Notes under the pieces: generated by a model
What the model was told of the DNA's origin: nothing
Seen by the model: only the letters and a program-made list of their open reading frames with translations
The model's database searches: none
Shown: positions 28,629 to 38,158 of the stretch, one piece after another
Layout: the number at the start of each line of letters is the position of its first letter
How positions within the stretch are numbered: the stretch's first letter is position 1
Origin: Candidatus Muiribacteriota bacterium
Lineage (GTDB): Bacteria > Muiribacteriota > DAOVTB01
Assembly (NCBI GenBank): GCA_030633305.1
Contig: DAOVTB010000004.1
Coordinates: 1 to 62,393 of the forward strand
DNA length: 62,393 nt
Direction of reading: 5' to 3'
Translations under genes and position numbers: made by a program

Positions 28629-30432
28629 ACTTTAAATATTTCATTAAATAAAAAATATCTGATGGCGATATTCCAGAAATTTTTGAAGCTTCAAATAAAT
28701 CAGTAGGATTTAATTTTTTTAATTTTTCACGTGCTTCAAATGAAAGCTGGGTTATTTCATCAAATGGTACATCAGCAGGAATTTGATATGAAGATAGATC
28801 CTGCATATTCTTAATCACTTTTTTCTGTTTCTTAAGATATCCGCTATATTTGATTTCAATTTCAAGTTTTAAAAGTGTATTATCGCTAAATCCAGCGAGG
28901 TCAATCCTACTGTCATCTATGTCTTTGATTTTAGTTTCAGGTCTTTTTATGAAATCAAAATAAGTCTTCTTTGAACGTGGTAATCTAAAAGATTTCAGAG
29001 TATTCTTAAGATGGATTCGATTTTTTTTATCGCCAAGATATCGATCAAGTCTGTCTTTAGAAACCAGTCCTAACCTGTAACCTGTAGTAATTAATCGATC
29101 AGTTGCATTATCGACTCTTAAATATAACCTGTTTTCTGCACGTGCAGTAAACAGCCTGTATGGTTCATTTAAATTCTTATTAACAATATCATGAATTAAA
29201 ACTCCTATATAAGATCCTGTCCGATCAGGAATAAATGGATTTTTTTCCATGATATTCAACGCTGCATTTACTCCAGCAACAAATCCCTGTGCAGCAGCTT
29301 CTTCATATCCACTGGTCCCATTTATCTGTCCTGCAAAGTAAAGGTTCTTAATTTTTTGTGATTCCAAAGTAAGGGAAAGCTGTGTTGAATCAACGGCATC
29401 ATATTCTATTGCATATCCTGGTCTTTTAATCACACAATTTTGTAATCCCTTAATAGAATGTACTATATTTTCCTGTAATTCAAATGGAAAGCTTGTCGAA
29501 AGACCAGAAAGGTAATATTCATTAGTATATAATCCTTCAGGTTCAATAAAAATTGTATGAGATTCCTTATGACTGTATTTATTAATCTTATCTTCAATAC
29601 TTGGACAATATCTTGGACCAACACCCTTTATATTTCCAGAAAACAGTGCTGATCTTTCCATATTATCTAATATGATTTTGCGAGTATCTACATTTGTCCG
29701 GGTAATAAAACAATCCATTTTCCCGTTGATCCTGTCCTTAATTTCATATGTTGAGAAACCACAAAATTCAGGAAGCGATTCCTGTCTTTCAATCTTATCA
29801 AAATCTATTGTCCGGCCATCAACACGAGGAGGCGTTCCGGTCTTTAATCTTTTTAATTTTAAACCAAGACCTGTAAGACATTCAGATAATTGAACAGATG
29901 GTAATTCTCCACTTCTTCCAGCATCATAAGTAAAGTTTCCAATATGTATTTTTCCACCTAGAAATGTTCCACCAGTAATAATTATCTTTTTTCCAGACGT
30001 CGTATAACCATTTATTGTTTTTACACCAACTGCACCAGTACTATCAGTTACAATCTCAGTGACCAGACCTTGCCGGACACAAAGATTTTTACAATTTACC
30101 AATGTTTTCAGCATTTTCTGACAATAATCGAATTTGTCTATTTGCACCCGAAGTGCCCGGACAGCATACCCTTTACTTGTATTAAGATATCTCCATTGAA
30201 TGGATGATTTATCAGTGTTTGCAGCCATTTCCCCACCTAATGCATCTAATTCGGCAATCAAATGGCTTTTTCCTACTCCGCCCATACTGGGATTACAAGG
30301 AGGATGAGCAATACGATCAAGATTTAAAGTCAACAATAAAGTCGACATACCCATTCTGGCAGCAGCAAGTGCCGCTTCACATCCTGCATGTCCTCCGCCT
30401 ATTACGATTACGTCGTAGGATTTATTCACCAA
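28615..30432 (-). CDS. mnmG: tRNA U34 carboxymethylaminomethyl modification enzyme MnmG (GidA), downstream paralog
   Basis: GGGHAGCEAA, CNPSMGG, RLKTGTPPRV, GPRYCPSIEDK, AGQINGTSGYEEAAAQG. Confidence 0.95.
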   Translation of the reverse strand: MVNKSYDVIVIGGGHAGCEAALAAARMGMSTLLLTLNLDRIAHPPCNPSMGGVGKSHLIAELDALGGEMAANTDKSSIQWRYLNTSKGYAVRALRVQIDKFDYCQKMLKTLVNCKNLCVRQGLVTEIVTDSTGAVGVKTINGYTTSGKKIIITGGTFLGGKIHIGNFTYDAGRSGELPSVQLSECLTGLGLKLKRLKTGTPPRVDGRTIDFDKIERQESLPEFCGFSTYEIKDRINGKMDCFITRTNVDTRKIILDNMERSALFSGNIKGVGPRYCPSIEDKINKYSHKESHTIFIEPEGLYTNEYYLSGLSTSFPFELQENIVHSIKGLQNCVIKRPGYAIEYDAVDSTQLSLTLESQKIKNLYFAGQINGTSGYEEAAAQGFVAGVNAALNIMEKNPFIPDRTGSYIGVLIHDIVNKNLNEPYRLFTARAENRLYLRVDNATDRLITTGYRLGLVSKDRLDRYLGDKKNRIHLKNTLKSFRLPRSKKTYFDFIKRPETKIKDIDDSRIDLAGFSDNTLLKLEIEIKYSGYLKKQKKVIKNMQDLSSYQIPADVPFDEITQLSFEAREKLKKLNPTDLFEASKISGISPSDIFYLMKYLKLRPE

Positions 30433-30448
30433 TATCTCCTTGTATTTT

Positions 30449-30474
30449 GGTCAGACACAGAGACCTGTCCTTAC
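30449..30474 (-). repeat. Degenerate GTAG-type REP-like palindrome
   Basis: Minus strand GTAAGGACAGGTCTCTGTGTCTGACC, homologous to 26793-26818. Confidence 0.65.
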
Positions 30475-30485
30475 ACTATAATATA

Positions 30486-30583
30486 GGTATAAGGTGCCAA
30501 ATCACTATGAATTTATACCTATACCTATTGCCATATAAATTAAAGTCCATTGGCACCAATCAGTGGACTTTACTATTTTTTGT
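30486..30583. repeat. Family C 98-bp element (GGTGCCAA...TTGGCACC)
   Basis: Closely similar direct copy at 39505-39602. Confidence 0.9.
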
Positions 30584-30625
30584 GATTAGCCTATTCCTCT
30601 TTATTTGTTTGGGTGAGTTAAACTA

Positions 30626-30706
30626 ATCTGGCGCTGGGGTCAGGGTACTGTGAATTTTTTTGAATTTCAAAGAAAATTAAAGTCCTTCTGGCCCCTTTTA
30701 TATTAA
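30626..30706. repeat. Family B palindromic element
   Basis: Near-identical to 17415-17494. Confidence 0.85.
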
Positions 30707-30769
30707 TTATTTTACCTTACTTTATTTTTTTCTCTGCGTCCTCAGCGTTCTCTGCGCGAGATCTTATTT

Positions 30770-32632
30770 TTATTTTCCTGTAATATAGTTCAAAATTATA
30801 CTTATATCATTAATATTTACACCACAAACCCGGGCAGCTTCTCCGATAGTATTTGGACATTCACGATGAAGATTATCTTTGGCTTCATTTGAAAGTGCCT
30901 TTATTTTTGAAAAATCAAAGCCTTCAGGTATTTTATAATCTTCAAGTTTCCTTAGGCGTTCAATCTGTTTTTGCTGTCTGCATAGATAACCACTGTATTT
31001 GATCTCAGTCAATATAATATCCAGCCATTCCTGTGGAATATCACTGTTCAATTCATAGCCAAACTTCTTTAAATCTGGATATTTGATTTCTTTACGATTC
31101 AGGATATCTTTAGCAAAATATGTTTTTTTAATAGGAACAGACCCAATCTGGTCCAGTATTTTGTTGTTTTCTTTATTTGGGTTTATCTTGAATTCTGCAA
31201 GGACTCCAAGTTCTTTGTCTATAGCATAATATTTATTCTTTACTCTAGAATAAATCTCTTTATCAATCAAACCATATTTATAACCATCATCAATGCATCT
31301 TTTATCAGCATTATCCTGCCTAAGTGAAAGTCTAAATTCTGCACGTGATGTCATCATCCTGTATGGCTCAACAATTGTACGGGTTACTAAGTCTTCAACT
31401 AAAACTCCTATATAGGATTCAAATCTAGCTGGAATAAATGGTTCTTTATTTTCAAGAAAAAGTGTAGCGTTCAATCCTGCCACAAATCCCTGTACTGCAG
31501 CTTCTTCATAGCCACTGGTTCCATTTATCTGACCAGCAGAATAAAGTCCTTTTATATTCCTGTTTTCCATTGTTATCTTAAGCTGTCCGGGCGGAAGATA
31601 GTCATATTCAATTGCATAACCATACCTCATAATTTCAGCTCTCTCAAACCCGGATACAGTCCTGATTATCTTTTCCTGAATATCTGCAGGCATACTTGTT
31701 GTAAGTCCCTGTAGATAAATTTCTTCGCTATTTTCACCTTCAGGTTCAATGAATATCTGCTGTCTTAGATTCTTCGGAAATTTAATAACTTTTCTATCTA
31801 TTGACGGACAATATCTTGGACCAGAATCAGTAATATTTCCTATTACGATTGGGGAATTCTGGAGATTATCCTGAACAATCTTGATCGTATCTTCATTAGT
31901 ATAAGCAAGATAACTTGGAATATTACAATGCCTGGTTCCCTTATATTTTATCGAGAAACCCACATTATCATCACAAGGTAATTCACTGAATTTACTATAA
32001 TCAAGGCTTTCTCTTCTTACCCGTGGAGGCGTTGCTGTCTGGAATCTATCCAGCTGGAGTCCAGCATTTCTCAATGAATCAGATAATTTCGTTGCTGAAA
32101 GTTCATTATGAGGTCCTCCAATATAGGATGTCTTCCCAATAATTATACGACTTCCAAGAAATGTACCTGTTGCAAGTATCACACATGGAGCATTAAATTC
32201 ACGACCATCAGCACAACGGATTCCATAAATAACATCATTTTTAATCATCAATTCAGCTACTTCAGCCTCAATCAGATCAAGATTTTCCTGCCCTTCAAGA
32301 ACCTTTCGCATCCTGTATTGATATGCTTTTTTATCTGCCTGCATTCTCAGGCTGTAAACCGCAGGACCACGAGATTCGTTCAGCATCCTGGCATGAATAA
32401 AGCAGTTATCAATATTTCTACCCATCTCGCCACCATAAGCTGATAATTCATACACAAGATGGCTTTTCCCCGGACCACCAATACTGGGATTACAAGGCAT
32501 CATAGCAATATTATCGAGATTGATTGAAAAAGCAGCTGTTTTATGTCCACGCCTGGAAGCTACAAGAGCTGCTTCACAACCTGCATGTCCAAGTCCTACT
32601 ACTAATATTTCATATTTATCTTTACTATTCAT
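30770..32632 (-). CDS. mnmG: MnmG (GidA), upstream paralog with variant motifs
   Basis: GLGHAGCEAA, MPCNPSIGG, RFQTATPPRV, GPRYCPSIDRK, AGQINGTSGYEEAAVQG, PYRMMTSRAEFRL; ATG 32632 chosen as start. Confidence 0.95.
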   Translation of the reverse strand: MNSKDKYEILVVGLGHAGCEAALVASRRGHKTAAFSINLDNIAMMPCNPSIGGPGKSHLVYELSAYGGEMGRNIDNCFIHARMLNESRGPAVYSLRMQADKKAYQYRMRKVLEGQENLDLIEAEVAELMIKNDVIYGIRCADGREFNAPCVILATGTFLGSRIIIGKTSYIGGPHNELSATKLSDSLRNAGLQLDRFQTATPPRVRRESLDYSKFSELPCDDNVGFSIKYKGTRHCNIPSYLAYTNEDTIKIVQDNLQNSPIVIGNITDSGPRYCPSIDRKVIKFPKNLRQQIFIEPEGENSEEIYLQGLTTSMPADIQEKIIRTVSGFERAEIMRYGYAIEYDYLPPGQLKITMENRNIKGLYSAGQINGTSGYEEAAVQGFVAGLNATLFLENKEPFIPARFESYIGVLVEDLVTRTIVEPYRMMTSRAEFRLSLRQDNADKRCIDDGYKYGLIDKEIYSRVKNKYYAIDKELGVLAEFKINPNKENNKILDQIGSVPIKKTYFAKDILNRKEIKYPDLKKFGYELNSDIPQEWLDIILTEIKYSGYLCRQQKQIERLRKLEDYKIPEGFDFSKIKALSNEAKDNLHRECPNTIGEAARVCGVNINDISIILNYITGK

Positions 32633-32724
32633 GGCTTTCGCGCCTTTAATTATTACTTTCAAAAATCGACATTCATTACTCAATGTTCGTTATTCTATTT
32701 AATGCATCCGATGTTTATTATAAC

Positions 32725-32749
32725 GGGAGGGTCACAGAACATCCCCTAC
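32725..32749 (-). repeat. GTAG-type REP-like palindrome
   Basis: Minus strand GTAGGGGATGTTCTGTGACCCTCCC. Confidence 0.55.
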
Positions 32750-32813
32750 AATATTAATTATTTTACCTTCTTTCTCTGCATTCTCTGCGTTCTCTGCGCG
32801 AGATCTTCTTTTC

Positions 32814-34169
32814 TTACTTACCTATACAGAAAGTACTAAATACCCTGTCAAGTATATCTTCAGTGCTTATTTCGCCAATTATTTCCTTTAAATAATTAAG
32901 GGCATCATAAAGATCCACTGAAACACAATCCAGGGTATAACCATTTTTTATAGTTTCAAGGCTCAGATCAAGTGATTCAATAGTCTGTAGAAGGTGGCTT
33001 TTCTGTCTTTCATTAATAAGGAATATCTCATCATCCATTTTAAGATCTCCAACAGTAAGACTGTATATCTTTTCAACAAGTTCATCAAAACCAACACCGG
33101 TTTTAGCTGAAATTAAAAGCTCAGTTGAACTATTTTCATTTTCAACACTCTTTTTTAAATCACATTTATTTTTAACAGTCAGATGTTTATATTTCTTCAA
33201 CTTTTTTTCAAGTTTTAAATTTAATTCCTGATCCTCCAGGCTGATATCCGTAACAAAAAGAATTAAATCACTGGTTTTTGCCATTTTAAGAGCTTTTTTA
33301 ATACCAATTTTCTCTATTGTATCACTCGTTAACCGCATTCCAGCCATATCAAAAAATCTGTAAAGAATTCCTTTTATCGAAATCTCACCCTCTATGATGT
33401 CACGAGTTGTACCAGGAATATTTGTTATTATCGCTCTGTCCTCTTTCAATAATTGATTTAGAATAGAAGATTTTCCACTGTTGACCATACCAAATAAAGC
33501 AATTCTATACCCATTTCGTATGTAATCACAAGATTCCCGATTTTTTAAAATATCCCGTATTATTTTTTGAATAGACTTCACTTCAAGAGAAATGGTTTTA
33601 GTATTACCAGCTTCCACTTCATCTTCAGGAAAATCCAGATAAGCTTCAATTCCAGAAATTACTCCAACAAGTGTATCCCTTATCTCATTTATTTCCTTTG
33701 AAAAGGTTCCTTTGAGATTATTATAGACCAGCGAAAGAGCTTTTTCATTTCTTGTCTGGTATATTTCACTAATTGCTTCAGCCTGAAGAAGGTCAATTTT
33801 TGAGTTCAAAAAAGATCTTCTTGTAAATTCACCAGCATCTGCAACACGTACACCATTTAAAATGATTGAATTAACAATAAGTCTCGATATTAAAGGAGTT
33901 CCATGAAAAAAGATCTCAAAACAGTCTTCCCCGGTATAAGAGGCCGGACCTTTAAAAAAAACTGCTGTACCCTGATCAATAAAACCATTTTCAGATACAA
34001 AATCACCAAGATATACTTTTCTGGCAATAAATTTAATGTCTTTTTTTTTATACTCTGGAACAAATATTTTTTTTAATACTTCAAGACTTTTATCACCACT
34101 AACTCTAATGCCTGAAACAGGACCATTACAAGAAGTAATAAAAGAAACTATAGTATCGCTAGTGAACAT
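32814..34169 (-). CDS. mnmE: tRNA modification GTPase MnmE (TrmE)
   Basis: SYTGED, GEFTRRSFLN, GMVNSGKSS (G1), GTTRD (G2), DMAG, NKCD, C-terminal FCIGK. Confidence 0.97.
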   Translation of the reverse strand: MFTSDTIVSFITSCNGPVSGIRVSGDKSLEVLKKIFVPEYKKKDIKFIARKVYLGDFVSENGFIDQGTAVFFKGPASYTGEDCFEIFFHGTPLISRLIVNSIILNGVRVADAGEFTRRSFLNSKIDLLQAEAISEIYQTRNEKALSLVYNNLKGTFSKEINEIRDTLVGVISGIEAYLDFPEDEVEAGNTKTISLEVKSIQKIIRDILKNRESCDYIRNGYRIALFGMVNSGKSSILNQLLKEDRAIITNIPGTTRDIIEGEISIKGILYRFFDMAGMRLTSDTIEKIGIKKALKMAKTSDLILFVTDISLEDQELNLKLEKKLKKYKHLTVKNKCDLKKSVENENSSTELLISAKTGVGFDELVEKIYSLTVGDLKMDDEIFLINERQKSHLLQTIESLDLSLETIKNGYTLDCVSVDLYDALNYLKEIIGEISTEDILDRVFSTFCIGK

Positions 34170-34851
34170 CACCAGTAGTTTGAGTCTGCTCTTTATTGAA
34201 TTTTTTTTTAAAATCCTTTGGCGAGATCACAACTTTACGATTTGGCTCAGCACCTTTACTGTATGTGTAAAGATTACGATAAGTTTTTAACGTCTTGTGA
34301 ATGATCTTTCGCTCGAAAGAGTTCATAGGTCTCAAAAATATAGCTTTTTTGGTTGAAGCTGCTTTTTCAGCAAGCCTGATTGCCATTTCTTCAAGATCCT
34401 TCTGCCTTTCCTGTTTAAACTTTGAAACATTTACTTTCACCCTTACAAGACTGTCAGTCTTTTTATTCAACATCAGGGAAAGCAGATGCTCAATCGCATA
34501 CATTGCTGCTCCGCGACGTCCAATAAGAAAACCCAGATTCTCACCGTTTATATCTATAAAATATTTGTTTCTATTATCATGTCTTACTTTTACCTCAACA
34601 TCAGTACGTCCAGTACAGTCGATGATTTCTTCTATCCATTTCGTAAGATAATTTTCATATTTTGGTTTTATAGTAAATCTTATTCGTGCTTTTTTGCCAC
34701 CAAGGAACCCAATCCCCAGAAAACCTTTTGTTTCTTCATTAAGCACTTCATATTCATATTTTTCATTTTCTTTTAATTCAAGAGTCTTTTTGGCGATTTC
34801 TACTGCTTCTTCTACACTTTTGCCGGTAACTTCAATCACTCTTTTTTCCAT
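34159..34851 (-). CDS. jag: Jag/KhpB (EloR) RNA-binding protein
   Basis: Jag_N (GKSVEEAV, KGFLGIG), KH (LIGRRG) and R3H (ERKIIH) domains; lies between yidC and mnmE. Confidence 0.93.
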   Translation of the reverse strand: MEKRVIEVTGKSVEEAVEIAKKTLELKENEKYEYEVLNEETKGFLGIGFLGGKKARIRFTIKPKYENYLTKWIEEIIDCTGRTDVEVKVRHDNRNKYFIDINGENLGFLIGRRGAAMYAIEHLLSLMLNKKTDSLVRVKVNVSKFKQERQKDLEEMAIRLAEKAASTKKAIFLRPMNSFERKIIHKTLKTYRNLYTYSKGAEPNRKVVISPKDFKKKFNKEQTQTTGDVH

Positions 34852-36362
34852 TATTTTTTGGCTCCTTTTTTCTTTTTCTTACCTTTTTTGCTTTCAGGTT
34901 TGTTTTCAATGGAAGGATCTTTACCTTCCGATTTTTTTGGAACGCTCTTATCTCCTGCATTGGTATTAACTACTGCAGGTTTAACTTTCCCAAAATCAAG
35001 TTTAGTCTGTACCATTGCGAGGATATTGGATACAAACCAATAGATCAATACTCCAGCAGGTAATGCCTGACACAGAAAAAACATCATCACAGGCATGATC
35101 ATCTGCATATTTGACTGCTGAGGATTATTTCCTGTATTCTGCATTTTCATCTGAAAATAAGTTGATACTGCAATCACAATTGCAAGCACAGGAATACTTG
35201 AATTTCCAATTTTCAAAAATTCCGGACCAGAAAGATCTTTAATCCATAAAAAACCTTCTCCTTCTAACTCAATAGATGTCCTTAAAGTGCTGAATAGTGC
35301 AAACAATATCGGTAACTGAATCAAAAGCGGAAGACATCCTCCAAATGGATTGATCTTGTGTTCTTTATACAACTGAAGGACTTCCTGATTCATTTTTTCC
35401 TTTTCAGTTCCATATTTTTTCTTGAGCTCTTCAACCAATGGCTGTATTTTCTGCATTTCAGCCATAGATTTATTCTGCTTTGCATTCAAAGGATAAAGCA
35501 TTATTTTAACTGAAATTGTAAGCATTATTATTGAAATTCCCCAGTTATGAAACATTCCATAGAAAAATCTTAAAATAAATAAAAGAATTTTACTAATTGT
35601 ACCTGTATCCAAAAGATTCTGATATTTATAAGTAGTCAGAATGGCCTCTTCTTTAGGTCCAACAAACATCTCAAATTTACAGGGAATCCTGTCTCCTTTT
35701 TCCATTTTCATAGTTGGAAGACATATTTTTATTTCTCTAGTGATCAATTTATCATTTTTTTTCTTTGCAATTACATATTTCTCAACTGATGCTGTAGTTT
35801 TGAAAAATGCTACTGAATATCTCTTATTCAGTCCAAGTTCCTTAATGTCACCTCCTCCATATTCCTTCTCATCAAGCTTTTTCAATGCTTCACCATTAAA
35901 ATCGATAATAGATTCATCAATTCCATCAGGAGTTGATGCAATATCCAATGAAATAACAGGTTTTAAATTGACTTGTTTATCAGATAGATTCTTATAAGAA
36001 AGGTCCAGATAGATTTTGTAACTGGAAAGCTTATATTCTTTAGTTACTTTAATTTTAGAAGATGCTGCTTCAAATACAATACTTTTTGAATCTTTATGGA
36101 TAATTTTGTATTTAAAATCAGCTTTGGGAGTTTCAGTTAATTCTATATCTGTTCCAAATACAGAACTTTCTCCAGTAAATACAGAGAGATTATTATATTT
36201 TTTACTCTGGAGTGTAACAGCACGTATGGATCCTTTATCGTTATTAAACAAAATCCTTACTACTTTATTCTCAATGACTTCCTGCCCGAATGATGGACAT
36301 GTAATCAAAAACAATAGTACAAAAACAGTTGCTACATTTATAATAAACCTGGTCCTAGACAT
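34851..36362 (-). CDS. yidC: Membrane protein insertase YidC
   Basis: FVGPKE, NWGISII, INPFGGCLPLLIQLPI, WIKDLS, LPAGVLIYW; start at ATG 36362 with GAGGAG RBS. Confidence 0.96.
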   Translation of the reverse strand: MSRTRFIINVATVFVLLFLITCPSFGQEVIENKVVRILFNNDKGSIRAVTLQSKKYNNLSVFTGESSVFGTDIELTETPKADFKYKIIHKDSKSIVFEAASSKIKVTKEYKLSSYKIYLDLSYKNLSDKQVNLKPVISLDIASTPDGIDESIIDFNGEALKKLDEKEYGGGDIKELGLNKRYSVAFFKTTASVEKYVIAKKKNDKLITREIKICLPTMKMEKGDRIPCKFEMFVGPKEEAILTTYKYQNLLDTGTISKILLFILRFFYGMFHNWGISIIMLTISVKIMLYPLNAKQNKSMAEMQKIQPLVEELKKKYGTEKEKMNQEVLQLYKEHKINPFGGCLPLLIQLPILFALFSTLRTSIELEGEGFLWIKDLSGPEFLKIGNSSIPVLAIVIAVSTYFQMKMQNTGNNPQQSNMQMIMPVMMFFLCQALPAGVLIYWFVSNILAMVQTKLDFGKVKPAVVNTNAGDKSVPKKSEGKDPSIENKPESKKGKKKKKGAKK

Positions 36363-36444
36363 AACTGTAAAAAACTCCTCTTTAAATAATAATCTAACAT
36401 ATTTTTTTCCTGACTTATAAAGCAACCAGCTCAGAAAATCAGGA

Positions 36445-36669
36445 TTACAGTAGTGGATCGTGTCCACCTTCACAGAATGGATTACATCTTAAAATCCTAT
36501 GGATAGTTAGATACATTCCTTTAAAGAAACCGTATTTTTGAAAGGCCTCAAGAGAATAAGTTGAACAAGTCGGTGTAAATCTGCACGTCGGCGGCATCAC
36601 CGGTGCAATGACTTTTTTATACAATTTTATAAAAAATATTGCCATCATGGACAATAAATTAAACTTCAC
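36445..36669 (-). CDS. yidD: Membrane protein insertion efficiency factor YidD
   Basis: [10 protein letters not shown] and [15 protein letters not shown]. Confidence 0.95.
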   Translation of the reverse strand: MKFNLLSMMAIFFIKLYKKVIAPVMPPTCRFTPTCSTYSLEAFQKYGFFKGMYLTIHRILRCNPFCEGGHDPLL

Positions 36670-37015
36670 TTATCAATCTTTTTCCTGACAATAGACTAAT
36701 AGTCTCCCTATAAATATTTTCGTAACTAAAAGAAACTATTTCTCTTTTAACAATGAAAATCATATGGAGAGACTTTCTTAGTAAATGACTATTTAATCTA
36801 AAAAATTCCCTTACAAGTCTTTTAAAACGATTTCGTTTCACTGCGTTTCCAAATTTTTTTTTTGCGACAACTGCAAAAGCACTAGCTCCATTGAGGCATT
36901 CAGTATACACTATGTCAAAATTTCTGCCTCTTATACTATTTCTGTTTTTAAAAACATTACCAATCTGTCGTGCTTTCAATCTGTTATCCTTAGATACAGT
37001 AAACCTATTGAACAC
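36659..37015 (-). CDS. rnpA: Ribonuclease P protein component
   Basis: [18 protein letters not shown] (RNR motif); GTG 37015 overlapping the rpmH end taken as start. Confidence 0.93.
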   Translation of the reverse strand: MFNRFTVSKDNRLKARQIGNVFKNRNSIRGRNFDIVYTECLNGASAFAVVAKKKFGNAVKRNRFKRLVREFFRLNSHLLRKSLHMIFIVKREIVSFSYENIYRETISLLSGKRLISEV

Positions 37016-37139
37016 TAATTCTTTTTCTGCCTTTTCTTCTACGAGAACCGAAGACTTTGGATCCGCTTCTTTTCTTCGCGAGAAAACCATGAGTTCTTTT
37101 GCGTTTAATGGTACTTGGTTGAAAAGTTCTCTTGCTCAT
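37005..37139 (-). CDS. rpmH: 50S ribosomal protein L34 (44 aa; not in the ORF track)
   Basis: Manual translation [44 protein letters not shown]; AGGAGG RBS; upstream of rnpA. Confidence 0.96.
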   Translation of the reverse strand: MSKRTFQPSTIKRKRTHGFLAKKRSGSKVFGSRRRKGRKRISVQ

Positions 37140-37183
37140 AACATCCTCCTGTTTTAAGTCAAATTATACATTTGAAGTATAAG

Positions 37184-37212
37184 ATTATAAACATAACCTC
37201 CTGTTTTGTCAA
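37184..37212 (-). promoter_or_regulatory. Consensus sigma70 promoter of the rpmH operon
   Basis: Minus strand TTGACA-17 nt-TATAAT. Confidence 0.85.
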
Positions 37213-37225
37213 TGTTTATTTACCG

Positions 37226-38158
37226 CTAAAGGCGACGCCAATTAACAAATGAATCTACAATTGCAAGAATTACAGGTACAAAGTTAAACAAAAAAATTAA
37301 CGGAAGAATCATTAACCGTTTTACTGCTCCAATCCTGCGGCTGGCTAAAATAAAGACAATAAGCGAATATCCCAGGAAAAAAAGGCTTATATAACTTACA
37401 GAAAATAAGTTTATCATTACATAAAACAGCCACTTTTGACTGATATTTTTTAAACCTAGACAAAGTACAGAAGTTATTATTAAAAGAAAACTCAGTTCTT
37501 TAGGAATTTTCCACAAAGGTAAAGGAGGCAGTTCGGGAAAGGGAACACTGAAACGCTTGAAAAGATAACCTGATGCAAAAAAATTCAAATAAAACATTGC
37601 AAATGAAACCAGAAAGAATAACATCAGAGGAACTTCAATAAGTATATTAAGGTAATAAATCGGATATTTCTTGAAACCTTCTGAAACAAAACTCAGGTTT
37701 TCAAAAAGCCAGTTGATCATCTTCATAATCATCATCTTGAATTCTTTTACCATATCTTCAAGACCAAAAAGCTGTTCAACACCATAATAAAAGAACAAAT
37801 TAAAAATAAGAATAATTATAATTGAATAAACAGCAACTCTGAAAGGATCAAGAAAAATCCGTGTCATCACTCCTGTTACTACTGATAAAAATCCAAAAAT
37901 AGAAAGATAAAAATATGCCTGTACAATACCAAGTGATAGAAAAACAAGAACAAATGCCACTGACATGGAAAGAAATCCAAATCCAAAACCGTAGACAAAT
38001 GAAATCAATGTCAATGGAACCGGACAAAGAAGTACTCCAACAAGATTCAATATAGGAACATTTGAAAAAAAATACAGGATAACCGTTATGGCACTTAAAA
38101 GTGCTGAAACAATAATTTTTCTTTGCGGAAGGTCTCTGGCATTTATTCGGCTTTTCAC
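37226..38158 (-). CDS. DUF2232/YybS-like membrane protein
   Basis: Polytopic; ALLSAI, LCPVPL, WKIP and C-terminal IVDSFVNWRR pattern of the family. Confidence 0.75.
   Translation of the reverse strand: MKSRINARDLPQRKIIVSALLSAITVILYFFSNVPILNLVGVLLCPVPLTLISFVYGFGFGFLSMSVAFVLVFLSLGIVQAYFYLSIFGFLSVVTGVMTRIFLDPFRVAVYSIIIILIFNLFFYYGVEQLFGLEDMVKEFKMMIMKMINWLFENLSFVSEGFKKYPIYYLNILIEVPLMLFFLVSFAMFYLNFFASGYLFKRFSVPFPELPPLPLWKIPKELSFLLIITSVLCLGLKNISQKWLFYVMINLFSVSYISLFFLGYSLIVFILASRRIGAVKRLMILPLIFLFNFVPVILAIVDSFVNWRRL

Noticed and set aside
37016-37090. N-terminal extension of RnpA given in the ORF track
   Set aside because: It is an alternative frame of rpmH; the GTG at 37015 is the more plausible start.
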